From Escherichia coli (GTDB taxonomy: Bacteria; Pseudomonadota; Gammaproteobacteria; Enterobacterales; Enterobacteriaceae), in assembly GCF_016026235.1 (NCBI RefSeq), contig NZ_CP065613.1: a stretch of DNA of 64,000 bases; one strand, given 5' to 3'. Both the position numbers and the translations under genes were made by a program. Under the pieces are notes generated by a model. That model was not told the DNA's origin and ran no database searches. It saw nothing but the letters and a program-made list of their open reading frames with translations. This document shows positions 14,525-29,549 of the stretch, one piece after another; the stretch's first letter is position 1, and each line of letters starts with the position of its first letter.

Positions 14525-16081
14525 TCACAAATGTTGCTCGGCCCAGCGTAAGAAATCTTCTTTCGGTAATGCCTTGCTGTAGAGCCAGCCCTGACCGTAG
14601 TGCACGCCATGCTGGCGTAGCCACTCTTCTTGTTTACTGGTTTCGATTCCCTCCGCTACCATTTTCAGTTTCAGTGTTTTTGCCATTTCGATGATATGCG
14701 GCGTGACATTTTTATATTCCAGCGCATCAACGAAAGATTTATCGATCTTCAGAATGTCGACATCCAGATCCTGTAAATAACTTAAACTTGAATACCCCGT
14801 ACCAAAATCATCAAGATAAATTTCATGGCCCGCCTCCCGGTAGCGAGAAATTATCGGGGCGCTGGTTTTCGGATCGGCAAACTCGCGTTCAGTGAGTTCA
14901 AGCGCGATCTGTCTGGGATTAACCTGATAGTGATTGATCATTTCACGCAGCAATTGCGGGATTTTTTCCGAGGTGAGCACGGTGGATTCAAGATTGATCG
15001 AAATATGCTGCTGTGGATGCTGACGCAAGCAGTCGCCCATATCTTCAAAGACGCTTCTTATAATCAGTAGCGTCAATGGCTCAGAAAGGCCCGTTTGCTG
15101 TGCCAGCGGAATAAAACTATCTGGTGACAACCAACTACCGTCTGTCTGCGGCCAGCGCGCCAGTGCCTCAGCACCGACAATTTTGCCATTGGCTAAGGAG
15201 ACAATCGGCTGATAGTGCACGCAAATATCACGATTTTCGATAGCATCCTGCAGCCGATGATGCGGTGACTGGATACGGCGCAAAATACGCAGCACAAACA
15301 TCGCTGCCAGCAGGCCAATCACCAACCCGAGCGGTAACCAAATAAAGACTTGCCGATGCCAGCCTTTCTGCAACATTTTCGTTGAAGCCCAGGTGATGAT
15401 CGAAATATTCATCTCCGGGAAGGGCAGGATATCGTAAATGATCCCATTATTTTCGATATGCTCACCGGGTGTTTTTTGTAGCCTGGTAATAATTCCCTGA
15501 GCAATTTCATCGCTGCTGGTTATGACAACGTTATGGGCATTGCCAATAATGGCGGCATCAATTTGCCATGAGCTATAGGGAATGACATCAATAAAGGAAG
15601 CGGGGTCGATCATGACGACATAATGTGCCGTTCCCATGGCGACCATGTAACGGATAATGCCTAAATCGTTATGCGATGTTAACCAGACACGATAACCATC
15701 TTTCGAAATTTTACCTGGCTCGGGAAAGGTATCGGGCGGACTTTCATGCTCCAGAGACGAACACTGGGGAACGTTGTTATCGATATAAACCACTTCCTGA
15801 ATATAGCGATAACTGTAAGATACCCGACGCATTTCCATGAGATGGGCTTCGCTACAGTCAGCGCCTTGCCATCTTTCCAGCTCTTGCAGCGCATCTTTCC
15901 CTTGTGTCGCCACCTTATTGGCCCGAATAGCGACGCGGGAGGAATAGGTATCCAGCTCTTCAATAAACGATGTTTCTACCTGCTGATGGGCCAGCCAGAT
16001 GCTTAAGCCGACAGGCAGCAATACTGAAAGAATCAGTACTCCCGAAATAAGGCCGACCAGATGTCGTGTTCTCACCAGCAT
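14525..16081 (-). CDS. pdeB: c-di-GMP phosphodiesterase PdeB (YlaB), CSS-EAL domain protein
   Basis: ORF track 518 aa; N-terminal TM and periplasmic CSS domain, C-terminal EAL domain (EALARW...). Confidence 0.9.
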   Translation of the reverse strand: MLVRTRHLVGLISGVLILSVLLPVGLSIWLAHQQVETSFIEELDTYSSRVAIRANKVATQGKDALQELERWQGADCSEAHLMEMRRVSYSYRYIQEVVYIDNNVPQCSSLEHESPPDTFPEPGKISKDGYRVWLTSHNDLGIIRYMVAMGTAHYVVMIDPASFIDVIPYSSWQIDAAIIGNAHNVVITSSDEIAQGIITRLQKTPGEHIENNGIIYDILPFPEMNISIITWASTKMLQKGWHRQVFIWLPLGLVIGLLAAMFVLRILRRIQSPHHRLQDAIENRDICVHYQPIVSLANGKIVGAEALARWPQTDGSWLSPDSFIPLAQQTGLSEPLTLLIIRSVFEDMGDCLRQHPQQHISINLESTVLTSEKIPQLLREMINHYQVNPRQIALELTEREFADPKTSAPIISRYREAGHEIYLDDFGTGYSSLSYLQDLDVDILKIDKSFVDALEYKNVTPHIIEMAKTLKLKMVAEGIETSKQEEWLRQHGVHYGQGWLYSKALPKEDFLRWAEQHL

Positions 16082-16238
16082 ATCCTTATTAACACAGTGT
16101 AGGGAAAGTATATCTGATTGTGGAAAAAGGCTGGCAGGAGATAAGGAGGTAGAGCTGGTATTTCATGAAGTGATGGGTGGAAACGATCGTTGTCATTTGA
16201 CCAGGCGCAGAGCTTTACGCCTGGTATGTAATCCTAAC

Positions 16239-16709
16239 TTAAGATGTTGATTCGGCGCGAGCGAGGGTAAAAATATCGTAAAAAGACAGTTCACCTTTAC
16301 GGACGATCATTTTTTGCAGTTGTTCCTTATGAACATCCGCGACACGCGGAGAGTTCAAGATGGCTTCAACCAGCGCGGCAGGTACAAAGCGCGTGTTGTA
16401 CCATTCGCCGTTATAGCAAACGCGGAAATCCAGCACGTCGATATCTTCATAGCGGTAGCGTGGGTAAACATCGAAAAAGAAGAAACCATTAAGCAGGATA
16501 AATAATACAACCAGTAGCCAGACAGAGCCTGAAAGCGTTTCGGATTGCAACATCACCGCCAGGGTGGCAAAAAAAGCGACGTACATACCGATAAACAGCC
16601 CCGGATGTTTACGGATAAAACTGATACTAAAGCGGGGTTTGTTGTCGCGTTTTTCGCGGGTATTCAGAGACTCAATCGTTTCGGTCAGCAGGCGTTGTAT
16701 TTCGGTCAT
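16239..16709 (-). CDS. ylaC: inner membrane protein YlaC
   Basis: 156 aa starting [16 protein letters not shown] inside ORF 16239..16748. Confidence 0.85.
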
Positions 16710-16824
16710 CGTTTGCCTTCGTGGTATCTGCAACTTTCCAGGGAACACCCTATTTTAACGTGGGAATAGTAGAGGGAAAGTAACAGATTTACCACAATTT
16801 TGCATAACAGTTGCGAAAAACCGA

Positions 16825-17376
16825 TTACAATTTTTTGATTATTCTGGCTGGATTACCGCCCACGACAACGTTGTCCGGGACATCTTTTGTGACAACTGCA
16901 CCTGAGGCTACCACGACGTTATCACCAATGGTCACACCAGGGTTAATGACCGCGCGTCCGCCAATCCAGACGTTATTACCGATGGTGACGGGTTTCCCCA
17001 GTTCAGCACCGCTATTACGTGCTACAGGGTCGATGGGATGTGTTGCCGTGTAGATATGAACGCCTGGTGCCAACATACAGTTATCACCGATGCGAATAGG
17101 GCAGACATCAAGCATCACGCAATCGAAGTTGGCGAAAAAATTATTACCGAGAAAAATGTTATAGCCATAGTCACAGCGAAACGTTGGCTCAATATAAGCC
17201 TCTGTCACCTGACCGAATAGATCAGCGAGAATTTGCTGGCGTAATGTGTGCTCTTCCGCCAGGGAATGATTGTATCGGTGAATAAGCTGACGAGCACGCA
17301 GGCGATCGCGAGATAACGTCTCATCTGCCGAGCGATACAACTCACCAGCAATCATCTTTTCTTTTTCTGTGCTCAT
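16825..17376 (-). CDS. maa: maltose O-acetyltransferase (hexapeptide-repeat)
   Basis: ORF track 183 aa; left-handed beta-helix hexapeptide repeats. Confidence 0.92.
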
Positions 17377-17547
17377 TACTGACCTCCGGTTGCTGAAAAT
17401 GCGGCAACACAGTAAGACGAAAAGTCAGTGAAGAGAACGTTCCCATTACATCTGTGTGATAAAGATCACATAGGGTATGTCTTCATGGCGGAAAAGTATA
17501 AAATTCTTAATAAACAGCCAGTTATAGCTCCGAAAGCGAATTATTTA

Positions 17548-17766
17548 TTAGCGAATAAATTTCCATACTGAGGAAGGGATCTTGTCGTACAGTTTATTCA
17601 TGGTCAATTCGGCGAGGCGGTGATCTGCGGCTGAGTAAAATACCGCCAGTTCATTATCTGATAATTCGTATTTATTTTTCTCGATAACACGCTCCAGCGT
17701 GTCAATTGTCTGGCAACGACGTAAACGCATTAAATAATCGGTTTTCGTTAAAGGTTTTTCGGACAT
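17548..17766 (-). CDS. hha: haemolysin expression-modulating protein Hha
   Basis: 72 aa [27 protein letters not shown] inside ORF 17548..18012. Confidence 0.93.
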
Positions 17767-17791
17767 ACTTCTACCCATGGTTGTAATAATT

Positions 17792-18166
17792 CTAACAAGA
17801 TAAACTCGCAGGATTCTCTTTCGTCGCATTGACAAAACAACGGAATAGTCGATTACCTGATTTCCGCCATTTCTGAAGATCCTGCATATTAATACCATAA
17901 CTACTGAACAACATAAAGGTGTCATCCAGATATTCGTCGATCTGCTCAATGAGCTTATTGTCTTCATTATACTTAATTTTGTAATTAAGTGCGAAGGTCG
18001 CAATATGCTCAATCAGTTCATTCAACTGGAGGTTGATCGCCGAGGTTGGGTCGTTAACCCAGCCATGATTGCTTTCTTCAAGGTTTGCAAGGCAGTCATG
18101 ATACAGGGTTTCACAGAGAAACTTAAGCTGTGCGATATCATGTCTTTTGGGTGAGTATTCATCCAT
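17792..18166 (-). CDS. tomB: Hha toxicity modulator TomB (YbaJ)
   Basis: ORF track 124 aa immediately upstream of hha. Confidence 0.9.
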
Positions 18167-18670
18167 AACGCGTCCCCTTCTTAGCGGTTGAACTAACGGA
18201 CACCTTTCGGGATGGAAAAAACTTACTGACCTGGACTTGCCCTCTCGTTTGTTAGCTTAACTATAAGCCACTCTTTGCAGGTTTTCATCGCATTATTACG
18301 AAAAATTACAATTAGGAAGGAATCGGGACAGGACTCACTTTTTCATACTAGCACTAACCCGCAGCAGGTAAAAGCAGTTTGCTCGAACTGTTCATAACAT
18401 TTCAGGATTATCGCCAGATGAAATTGGTGACACTAATACCAGGATTGCTCTGAATATGACGTAATAACCGAGGAATGAATAAAGAATTACCGCAAATAAT
18501 TAAGAATAGCCTCTAAATGATTATGGATTATTAAATCTATTAGCGCTACTTAATATAAATTAACTAACAATCAGTATTTTTTATGAATTTTATCCGTGGT
18601 TAATACTGGTTTTCGTATGAGATCCTGAGTTGGTGGTTCAATTACTCCTTAATGTTCGTAGGTTATGCAT

Positions 18671-18692
18671 AAAAAAGGCCGCTTGCGCGGCC
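18671..18692 (-). terminator. Rho-independent terminator of acrB (GGCCGC-TTGC-GCGGCC with U-tract on minus strand)
   Basis: Perfect GC hairpin preceded on plus strand by AAAAAA, immediately 3' of acrB. Confidence 0.65.
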
Positions 18693-18711
18693 TTAGTGAT
18701 TACACGTTGTA

Positions 18712-21864
<3,153 letters not shown>

Positions 21865-21883
21865 TTAACGGCTCCTGTTTAAG

Positions 21884-23077
21884 TTAAGACTTGGACTGTT
21901 CAGGCTGAGCACCGCTTGCGGCTTGCTGGTTATTATCAGCGGTAACTTCTTGTGCTTTTACCTGGACACCAGGACGCACTTTCTGCAGCCCACTTATTAC
22001 TACGCGATCGCCTGCTTTCAGACCTTCTGTCACCAGCCACTTATCGCCAATAGCCTGGCTTGCAACGATCGGACGGGTTTCCACTTTGTCATCCGCGCCA
22101 ACCACCAGTACGGTGGCATCGCCACGCGGCGTACGGGTTACGCCCTGTTGCGGGACTAAAATAGCGTTTGGATTAAGCCCTTCTTCCAGACGTGCGCGCA
22201 CGAACATACCCGGCAGCAGAGTGTGATCCGGGTTCGGGAAGATAGCGCGTAGGGTGATAGACCCAGTGGTCTGATCAACGGTAACGTCAGAGAATTCCAG
22301 CGTACCGTCCTGCGGGAACTTAATGCCGTCACTGGTGATCAGCGACACTTTGGCTTTGCCGTTCTCTTGTTTCAGCGTGCCATTCGCCAGTTCCTGTTTC
22401 AGGCGCAGGAAGTCGTTGCTGGACTGGGTCACATCAACGTAGATCGGATCAAGTTGCTGCACGGTTGCCAGCGCAGTCGCCTGACCGTTCTGTACCAATG
22501 CGCCTTCCGTCACGTTCGACTTACCAATGCGACCGCTAATCGGAGAGGTGACTTTGGTGTAAGCCAGATTGATCCGCGCAGTTTCAACAGCAGCTTTCGC
22601 CGCAGTTACCGCAGCATTCGCCTGTTGCGCATCAGCCAGAGCCTGATCGTACTCTTGCTTACTGATGTACTGAGTACCGAGCAGTTTCTGATAACGATTC
22701 ACCGTCAATTGCGCGATATTGGCTGCAGCCTGGGCTTTCGCCAGATCACCTTTCGCACTGTCGTATGTCGCCTGATAGGTCGCAGGATCAATCTGATAGA
22801 GAGAGACACCTGCTTCGATGTCGCTACCTTCTTTGAAATTACGCTTCAGGATAATCCCGCTAACTTGAGGACGAACTTCTGCGATCCGGTAGGCACTGGT
22901 GCGACCCGGAAGCTCGGTTGTGATCTGCAGAGGTTCAGTTTTGACTGTTACTACGCCAACGGCGGGCATCTGCTGGCCACCTTGTTGGGCCTGTTTGTCG
23001 TCACATCCTGTTAGGGCTAAGCTGCCTGAGAGCATCAGAACGACCGCCAGAGGCGTAAACCCTCTGTTTTTGTTCAT
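21884..23077 (-). CDS. acrA: RND efflux periplasmic adaptor AcrA
   Basis: 397 aa starting MNKNRGFTPLAVVLMLSGSLALTGC (lipobox) inside ORF 21884..23113. Confidence 0.95.
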   Translation of the reverse strand: MNKNRGFTPLAVVLMLSGSLALTGCDDKQAQQGGQQMPAVGVVTVKTEPLQITTELPGRTSAYRIAEVRPQVSGIILKRNFKEGSDIEAGVSLYQIDPATYQATYDSAKGDLAKAQAAANIAQLTVNRYQKLLGTQYISKQEYDQALADAQQANAAVTAAKAAVETARINLAYTKVTSPISGRIGKSNVTEGALVQNGQATALATVQQLDPIYVDVTQSSNDFLRLKQELANGTLKQENGKAKVSLITSDGIKFPQDGTLEFSDVTVDQTTGSITLRAIFPNPDHTLLPGMFVRARLEEGLNPNAILVPQQGVTRTPRGDATVLVVGADDKVETRPIVASQAIGDKWLVTEGLKAGDRVVISGLQKVRPGVQVKAQEVTADNNQQAASGAQPEQSKS

Positions 23078-23166
23078 ATGTAAACCTCGAGTGTCCGATT
23101 TCAAATTGGTCAATGGTCAAAAGTTAATAAACCCATTGCTGCGTTTATATTATCGTCGTGCTATGG

Positions 23167-23190
23167 TACATACATTCACAAATGTATGTA
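23167..23190. promoter_or_regulatory. AcrR operator, 24 bp inverted repeat TACATACATTCACAAATGTATGTA in the acrR/acrAB divergent promoter region
   Basis: Near-perfect palindrome read directly between acrA and acrR starts. Confidence 0.8.
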
Positions 23191-23218
23191 AATCTAACGC
23201 CTGTAAATTCACGAACAT

Positions 23219-23866
23219 ATGGCACGAAAAACCAAACAAGAAGCGCAAGAAACGCGCCAACACATCCTCGATGTGGCTCTACGTCTTTTCTCACAGCAGG
23301 GGGTATCATCCACCTCGCTGGGCGAGATTGCAAAAGCAGCTGGCGTTACGCGCGGTGCAATCTACTGGCATTTTAAAGACAAGTCGGATTTGTTCAGTGA
23401 GATCTGGGAACTGTCAGAATCCAATATTGGTGAACTAGAGCTTGAGTATCAGGCAAAATTCCCTGGCGATCCACTCTCAGTATTAAGAGAGATATTAATT
23501 CATGTTCTTGAATCCACGGTGACAGAAGAACGGCGTCGATTATTGATAGAGATTATATTCCACAAATGCGAATTTGTCGGAGAAATGGCTGTTGTGCAAC
23601 AGGCACAACGTAATCTCTGTCTGGAAAGTTATGACCGTATAGAACAAACGTTAAAACATTGTATTGAAGCGAAAATGTTGCCTGCGGATTTAATGACGCG
23701 TCGCGCAGCAATTATTATGCGCGGCTATATTTCCGGCCTGATGGAAAACTGGCTCTTTGCCCCGCAATCTTTTGATCTTAAAAAAGAAGCCCGCGATTAC
23801 GTTGCCATCTTACTGGAGATGTATCTCCTGTGCCCCACGCTTCGTAATCCTGCCATTACCGAATAA
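23219..23866 (+). CDS. acrR: TetR-family repressor AcrR
   Basis: ORF track 215 aa; N-terminal TetR HTH. Confidence 0.95.
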   Translation: MARKTKQEAQETRQHILDVALRLFSQQGVSSTSLGEIAKAAGVTRGAIYWHFKDKSDLFSEIWELSESNIGELELEYQAKFPGDPLSVLREILIHVLESTVTEERRRLLIEIIFHKCEFVGEMAVVQQAQRNLCLESYDRIEQTLKHCIEAKMLPADLMTRRAAIIMRGYISGLMENWLFAPQSFDLKKEARDYVAILLEMYLLCPTLRNPAITE

Positions 23867-23993
23867 CCCTGAATCTGACTCCAGGATTTTTCCTGGACAT
23901 TTTCGTCGTTGCTATTCTGGTTCACTGCGCCGTGATATTCTTGCGGTTTGACTTTTTCAGGTCGTTCTTCAGGTTCAGAAACCTTCATTCATC

Positions 23994-26900
23994 ATGACTA
24001 TGTTCCAGTATTACAAACGATCACGGCATTTTGTTTTTTCAGCATTTATTGCTTTTGTTTTTGTCTTGTTATGCCAGAACACGGCGTTTGCGCGGGCGTC
24101 ATCGAATGGTGATTTACCGACAAAAGCGGACCTGCAGGCGCAACTTGACTCACTAAATAAACAAAAAGATCTTTCTGCTCAGGACAAACTGGTGCAGCAG
24201 GATCTGACAGATACATTAGCCACCCTCGATAAAATCGATCGCGTAAAAGAAGAGACCGTTCAGCTACGGCAAAAAGTCGCTGAAGCGCCGGAAAAAATGC
24301 GCCAGGCGACCGCGGCGTTAACAGCACTTAGCGATGTCGATAACGACGAAGAAACGCGCAAAATTCTGAGCACGCTTTCGTTGCGCCAGCTGGAAACTCG
24401 CGTTGCCCAGGCGCTGGACGATTTGCAAAACGCACAAAACGATCTGGCGTCTTATAACAGCCAGCTGGTTTCGTTACAGACGCAGCCCGAACGCGTGCAA
24501 AATGCGATGTATAACGCTTCGCAGCAGCTGCAACAAATTCGCAGTCGTCTGGATGGGACTGATGTCGGCGAGACTGCCTTACGTCCCAGCCAGAAAGTGT
24601 TAATGCAGGCTCAGCAGGCGTTGCTGAATGCGGAGATTGACCAGCAACGTAAAAGCCTGGAAGGGAATACCGTCTTGCAGGATACCTTGCAAAAGCAACG
24701 TGATTACGTGACGGCGAACAGCGCCCGTCTGGAGCACCAGTTGCAGCTGTTGCAAGAAGCGGTAAACAGCAAGCGCCTGACTTTAACCGAAAAAACGGCG
24801 CAGGAAGCCGTCTCCCCGGATGAAGCCGCGCGTATTCAGGCTAATCCGCTGGTGAAGCAGGAACTGGAAATTAACCAGCAGTTGAGTCAGCGTCTGATTA
24901 CCGCGACTGAAAACGGTAATCAGTTGATGCAGCAAAACATTAAAGTCAAAAACTGGCTGGAGCGGGCGCTGCAATCGGAACGCAATATTAAAGAGCAGAT
25001 TGCCGTCTTGAAGGGCAGCCTGCTGTTATCTCGTATCCTTTACCAGCAACAACAAACGCTGCCCTCGGCGGATGAACTGGAAAACATGACCAACCGCATC
25101 GCGGATTTGCGTCTCGAACAGTTTGAAGTTAACCAGCAGCGTGATGCACTCTTCCAGAGCGATGCGTTCGTCAACAAACTGGAAGAAGGTCACACCAACG
25201 AAGTCAACAGCGAAGTTCACGATGCGTTATTGCAAGTGGTTGATATGCGTCGCAAATTGCTGGATCAACTCAACAAACAGTTGGGTAACCAGCTGATGAT
25301 GGCCATTAACCTGCAAATCAACCAGCAGCAGTTAATGAGCGTATCGAAAAACCTGAAATCCATCCTGACTCAGCAAATCTTTTGGGTGAACAGTAACCGT
25401 CCAATGGACTGGGACTGGATCAAAGCGTTCCCGCAAAGCCTGAAAGATGAATTTAAGTCGATGAAAATTACGGTGAACTGGGAAAAAGCCTGGCCCGCCG
25501 TTTTTATCGCTTTCCTCGCCGGTTTGCCGCTGCTGTTGATTGCCGGGCTGATCCACTGGCGTCTGGGCTGGCTGAAAGCGTATCAACAGAAACTGGCTTC
25601 CGCTGTGGGTTCCCTGCGTAACGACAGTCAGCTCAACACACCAAAAGCGATCCTTATCGACCTGATCCGTGCGCTGCCGGTGTGCCTGATTATTCTCGCG
25701 GTTGGCCTGATTCTGTTGACCATGCAGCTCAACATCAGCGAACTGCTATGGTCGTTCAGTAAAAAACTGGCGATTTTCTGGCTGGTGTTTGGCCTGTGCT
25801 GGAAGGTACTGGAGAAAAATGGCGTTGCCGTGCGTCACTTCGGCATGCCGGAGCAGCAGACCAGCCACTGGCGTCGGCAAATTGTCCGCATCAGTCTCGC
25901 GTTGCTGCCTATCCATTTCTGGTCTGTGGTGGCAGAACTTTCCCCGCTGCATCTGATGGATGATGTGCTGGGGCAGGCGATGATTTTCTTCAACCTGCTG
26001 CTGATTGCCTTCCTGGTATGGCCAATGTGCCGCGAAAGCTGGCGTGATAAAGAGTCGCACACCATGCGACTGGTCACCATTACCGTGCTGTCGATTATCC
26101 CGATTGCATTGATGGTGCTGACTGCCACGGGTTATTTCTACACCACGCTGCGCCTCTCCGGGCGTTGGATTGAAACCGTTTATCTGGTGATCATCTGGAA
26201 CTTGCTCTACCAGACGGTATTGCGCGGCTTAAGCGTAGCGGCGCGGCGTATCGCCTGGCGTCGTGCGCTGGCGCGTCGGCAGAATCTGGTGAAAGAGGGC
26301 GCAGAAGGTGCCGAACCGCCGGAAGAACCCACCATTGCACTGGAACAGGTTAACCAGCAGACGCTGCGTATTACCATGTTGCTGATGTTTGCGCTGTTCG
26401 GTGTCATGTTCTGGGCAATTTGGTCCGATTTGATCACCGTGTTCAGCTATCTCGACAGCATTACGCTGTGGCATTACAACGGTACTGAAGCTGGTGCTGC
26501 GGTGGTGAAAAACGTCACCATGGGTAGTCTGTTGTTTGCGATTATCGCCTCAATGGTGGCCTGGGCGTTGATTCGCAACCTGCCTGGTTTGCTGGAAGTG
26601 CTGGTGCTCTCGCGACTGAATATGCGCTAGGGCGCGTCGTATGCCATTACTACCATCCTTAACTACATCATTATTGCTGTTGGTGCGATGACGGTGTTCG
26701 GATCGCTGGGCGTCTCTTGGGATAAACTCCAGTGGCTGGCAGCAGCATTATCCGTAGGTCTTGGTTTTGGTTTACAAGAAATTTTCGGTAACTTCGTCTC
26801 CGGTTTGATCATTCTATTCGAACGTCCGGTGCGTATTGGCGATACGGTAACCATTGGTAGCTTCTCGGGGACGGTAAGTAAGATCCGTATTCGTGCGACA

Positions 26901-27356
26901 ACGATTACCGATTTCGATCGCAAAGAAGTGATCATCCCGAACAAAGCGTTTGTTACCGAGCGTCTGATCAATTGGTCGTTGACTGACACTACTACGCGTC
27001 TGGTGATCCGTCTCGGCGTGGCCTATGGCTCCGATCTGGAAAAAGTGCGTAAAGTGTTACTGAAGGCGGCGACTGAGCACCCAAGGGTGATGCACGAACC
27101 AATGCCGGAAGTCTTCTTTACGGCGTTTGGTGCCAGCACGTTGGATCATGAGCTGCGTCTGTATGTGCGTGAACTGCGTGACCGTAGCCGTACTGTCGAT
27201 GAGCTAAACCGTACTATCGATCAGCTGTGCCGTGAAAACGACATCAACATTGCCTTTAACCAGCTTGAAGTGCATTTGCACAACGAGAAGGGCGATGAAG
27301 TGACGGAAGTCAAACGCGACTACAAAGGCGACGATCCGACGCCAGCGGTAGGGTAA
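23994..27356 (+). pseudogene. mscK: mechanosensitive channel MscK (KefA) with in-frame TAG stop at 26628-26630 (codon 879); C-terminal MscS-like domain continues in the same frame to 27356
   Basis: ORF track 23994..26630 (878 aa) and 26688..27356 (222 aa) are in the same frame, separated only by the TAG; together they give about 1120 aa. Confidence 0.8.
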
Positions 27357-27414
27357 TAACGAAAGGGGGCGACATTTTGTTGCCCCGAGATTGCTAACAA
27401 AGTGCGCGTTGTTC

Positions 27415-27520
27415 ATGCCGGATGCGGCGTGACTGCCTTATCCGGCCTACGAAACCGCAAAAATTCAATATATTGCAGGAGCGGTGTAGGCCTGATAAGC
27501 GTAGCGCATCAGGCAGTTTT
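27415..27520. repeat. REP (palindromic unit) elements downstream of mscK
   Basis: GCCGGATGCGGCGTGA / GCCTGATAAGCGTAGCGCATCAGGC type imperfect palindromes. Confidence 0.7.
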
Positions 27521-27567
27521 GCGTTTGCCCGCAACCTTAGGGGACATTTAGCCACCCCATTTATTTC

Positions 27568-27729
27568 TCACTTTTCCGCCTCATCATCGCGCGTTAATTT
27601 CTTTTCATAATCGCGTTTTACAATATCCAGCGCGCGCAGCACGGTGCGGGCTGGGATCTGATTTTCTTCCAGCAGCACAATTAAATCGACGGCCAGTTTG
27701 ACATCGTCGGGGGCATTTTCCAGTGACAT
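27568..27729 (-). CDS. ybaM: small protein YbaM (DUF2496), 53 aa
   Basis: Hand-translated minus-strand [56 protein letters not shown]; below the 60 aa cutoff of the ORF track. Confidence 0.75.
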   Translation of the reverse strand: MSLENAPDDVKLAVDLIVLLEENQIPARTVLRALDIVKRDYEKKLTRDDEAEK

Positions 27730-27742
27730 ACTCTCTCCATTG

Positions 27743-28270
27743 CTAGCGGGTTAAACGCGCTAACCTGTTTTCGATTTTTTCCAGCGCATGGCGACACCGC
27801 GCCAGGCGCGCTTCATAGGCTTCCACTTCACGATGCAGCGTTTGCTGTTCCACGAGATCGGTCACCCGCGCCAGGCGGGCTCTGCGTTCGGCAACCATCT
27901 CACGTAGCCGCCGCTCAAAATCCTGATGCTGAATACGTTTACGCTGCCAGCGGGCAATTTTCGGTGGCGCACTGTCCCACTCGCGCAATGACCAGGCGGA
28001 GGCTTCACGCGCGATGGCTTCCAGTTGTGCCGCCAGATGTTCCGCCAGCCAGGCCACTTGCGGCAGCTGTTGCTGCTCAACTGCATGACGAAGCGCAGCC
28101 AGATTATCGCCCGCCTCGTCGAGACAAGCCTGTAGTGTTGTCGCACGAGTCTGAAAAAGATGCCTGTCGAAACGAGCACTTAGCGTGGCGAACTGTGACA
28201 CCGGGGCACAACGCTGACGCAGCGTAGCGAGCTGTCCTTCCAGTTTTTCCAGCAGCAGGGCGGTTTTCAC
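27743..28270 (-). CDS. priC: primosomal replication protein N'' PriC
   Basis: ORF track 175 aa; recognised as E. coli PriC. Confidence 0.9.
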   Translation of the reverse strand: MKTALLLEKLEGQLATLRQRCAPVSQFATLSARFDRHLFQTRATTLQACLDEAGDNLAALRHAVEQQQLPQVAWLAEHLAAQLEAIAREASAWSLREWDSAPPKIARWQRKRIQHQDFERRLREMVAERRARLARVTDLVEQQTLHREVEAYEARLARCRHALEKIENRLARLTR

Positions 28271-28339
28271 GATAAGACCTCAATGAAAATGATAATTGTT
28301 ATGCTAAAGTAGCCACTCTGTAAGCTGACAACACTCAAT

Positions 28340-28717
28340 ATGCAACGAATCATTTTAATCATCATTGGCTGGCTGGCGGTAGTGCTGGGCACGCTGGGCG
28401 TGGTATTACCGGTATTACCGACGACGCCGTTTATCCTGCTGGCGGCCTGGTGCTTTGCCCGTTCTTCCCCGCGCTTTCACGCCTGGTTGCTGTACCGCTC
28501 ATGGTTTGGCAGCTATCTACGTTTCTGGCAGAAACATCATGCGATGCCGCGCGGCGTCAAACCGCGGGCGATTTTGCTTATTTTGCTCACGTTTGCCATT
28601 TCTCTGTGGTTCGTCCAGATGCCATGGGTGCGCATCATGTTGCTGGTAATTCTCGCCTGTTTGCTTTTCTATATGTGGCGAATTCCGGTGATTGATGAAA
28701 AGCAAGAAAAGCACTGA
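28340..28717 (+). CDS. ybaN: inner membrane protein YbaN (DUF454)
   Basis: ORF track 125 aa, hydrophobic. Confidence 0.88.
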
Positions 28718-28869
28718 AGCACAACAATCGCAGTTGCAATTATTGCGTACAGCCAGTACATTCTGGCGTTTTCGAGCACAGGCGCAGGCGGTCAAAGGTT
28801 AAACAACTGTTACTTTTGATACGTTTAAAACGCGCCGTGAGTACCACCGTAACAAGCAGGCATACACTT

Positions 28870-29421
28870 ATGACCGCGACTGCACAGCAGCTTGAGTATC
28901 TCAAAAATAGCATCAAAAGCATTCAGGACTACCCAAAACCCGGCATTCTTTTCCGCGATGTCACCAGCTTACTGGAAGACCCGAAAGCTTACGCTCTCAG
29001 CATCGACTTGCTGGTTGAGCGTTACAAAAATGCGGGCATTACCAAAGTTGTCGGCACCGAAGCGCGTGGCTTCTTGTTTGGCGCTCCGGTAGCTCTGGGT
29101 CTGGGCGTTGGCTTTGTACCGGTCCGTAAACCGGGCAAACTGCCGCGTGAAACCATCAGTGAAACTTACGACCTGGAATACGGCACCGATCAGCTGGAGA
29201 TCCACGTTGATGCCATCAAACCGGGCGACAAAGTTCTGGTGGTGGACGATCTGCTGGCAACCGGCGGCACTATCGAAGCGACCGTTAAACTGATCCGTCG
29301 TCTGGGTGGTGAAGTGGCTGACGCTGCGTTCATTATCAACCTGTTCGATCTCGGCGGCGAACAGCGTCTCGAAAAACAGGGCATTACCAGCTACAGCCTT
29401 GTCCCGTTCCCGGGCCATTAA
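28870..29421 (+). CDS. apt: adenine phosphoribosyltransferase
   Basis: 183 aa starting [30 protein letters not shown] inside ORF 28816..29421; PRPP-binding motif [13 protein letters not shown]. Confidence 0.95.
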
Positions 29422-29549
29422 TTATCGCCAGTCTTGTGCTGCCCACGCTACGGACAGCACAAGATGTGCATTCAGCCTCGCCGTTCTGACGGGGCTGTGT
29501 TAGCATTACCCCTTCGTGAATCCACCTTCCAGCGTTTCAGAGCCTGCCA

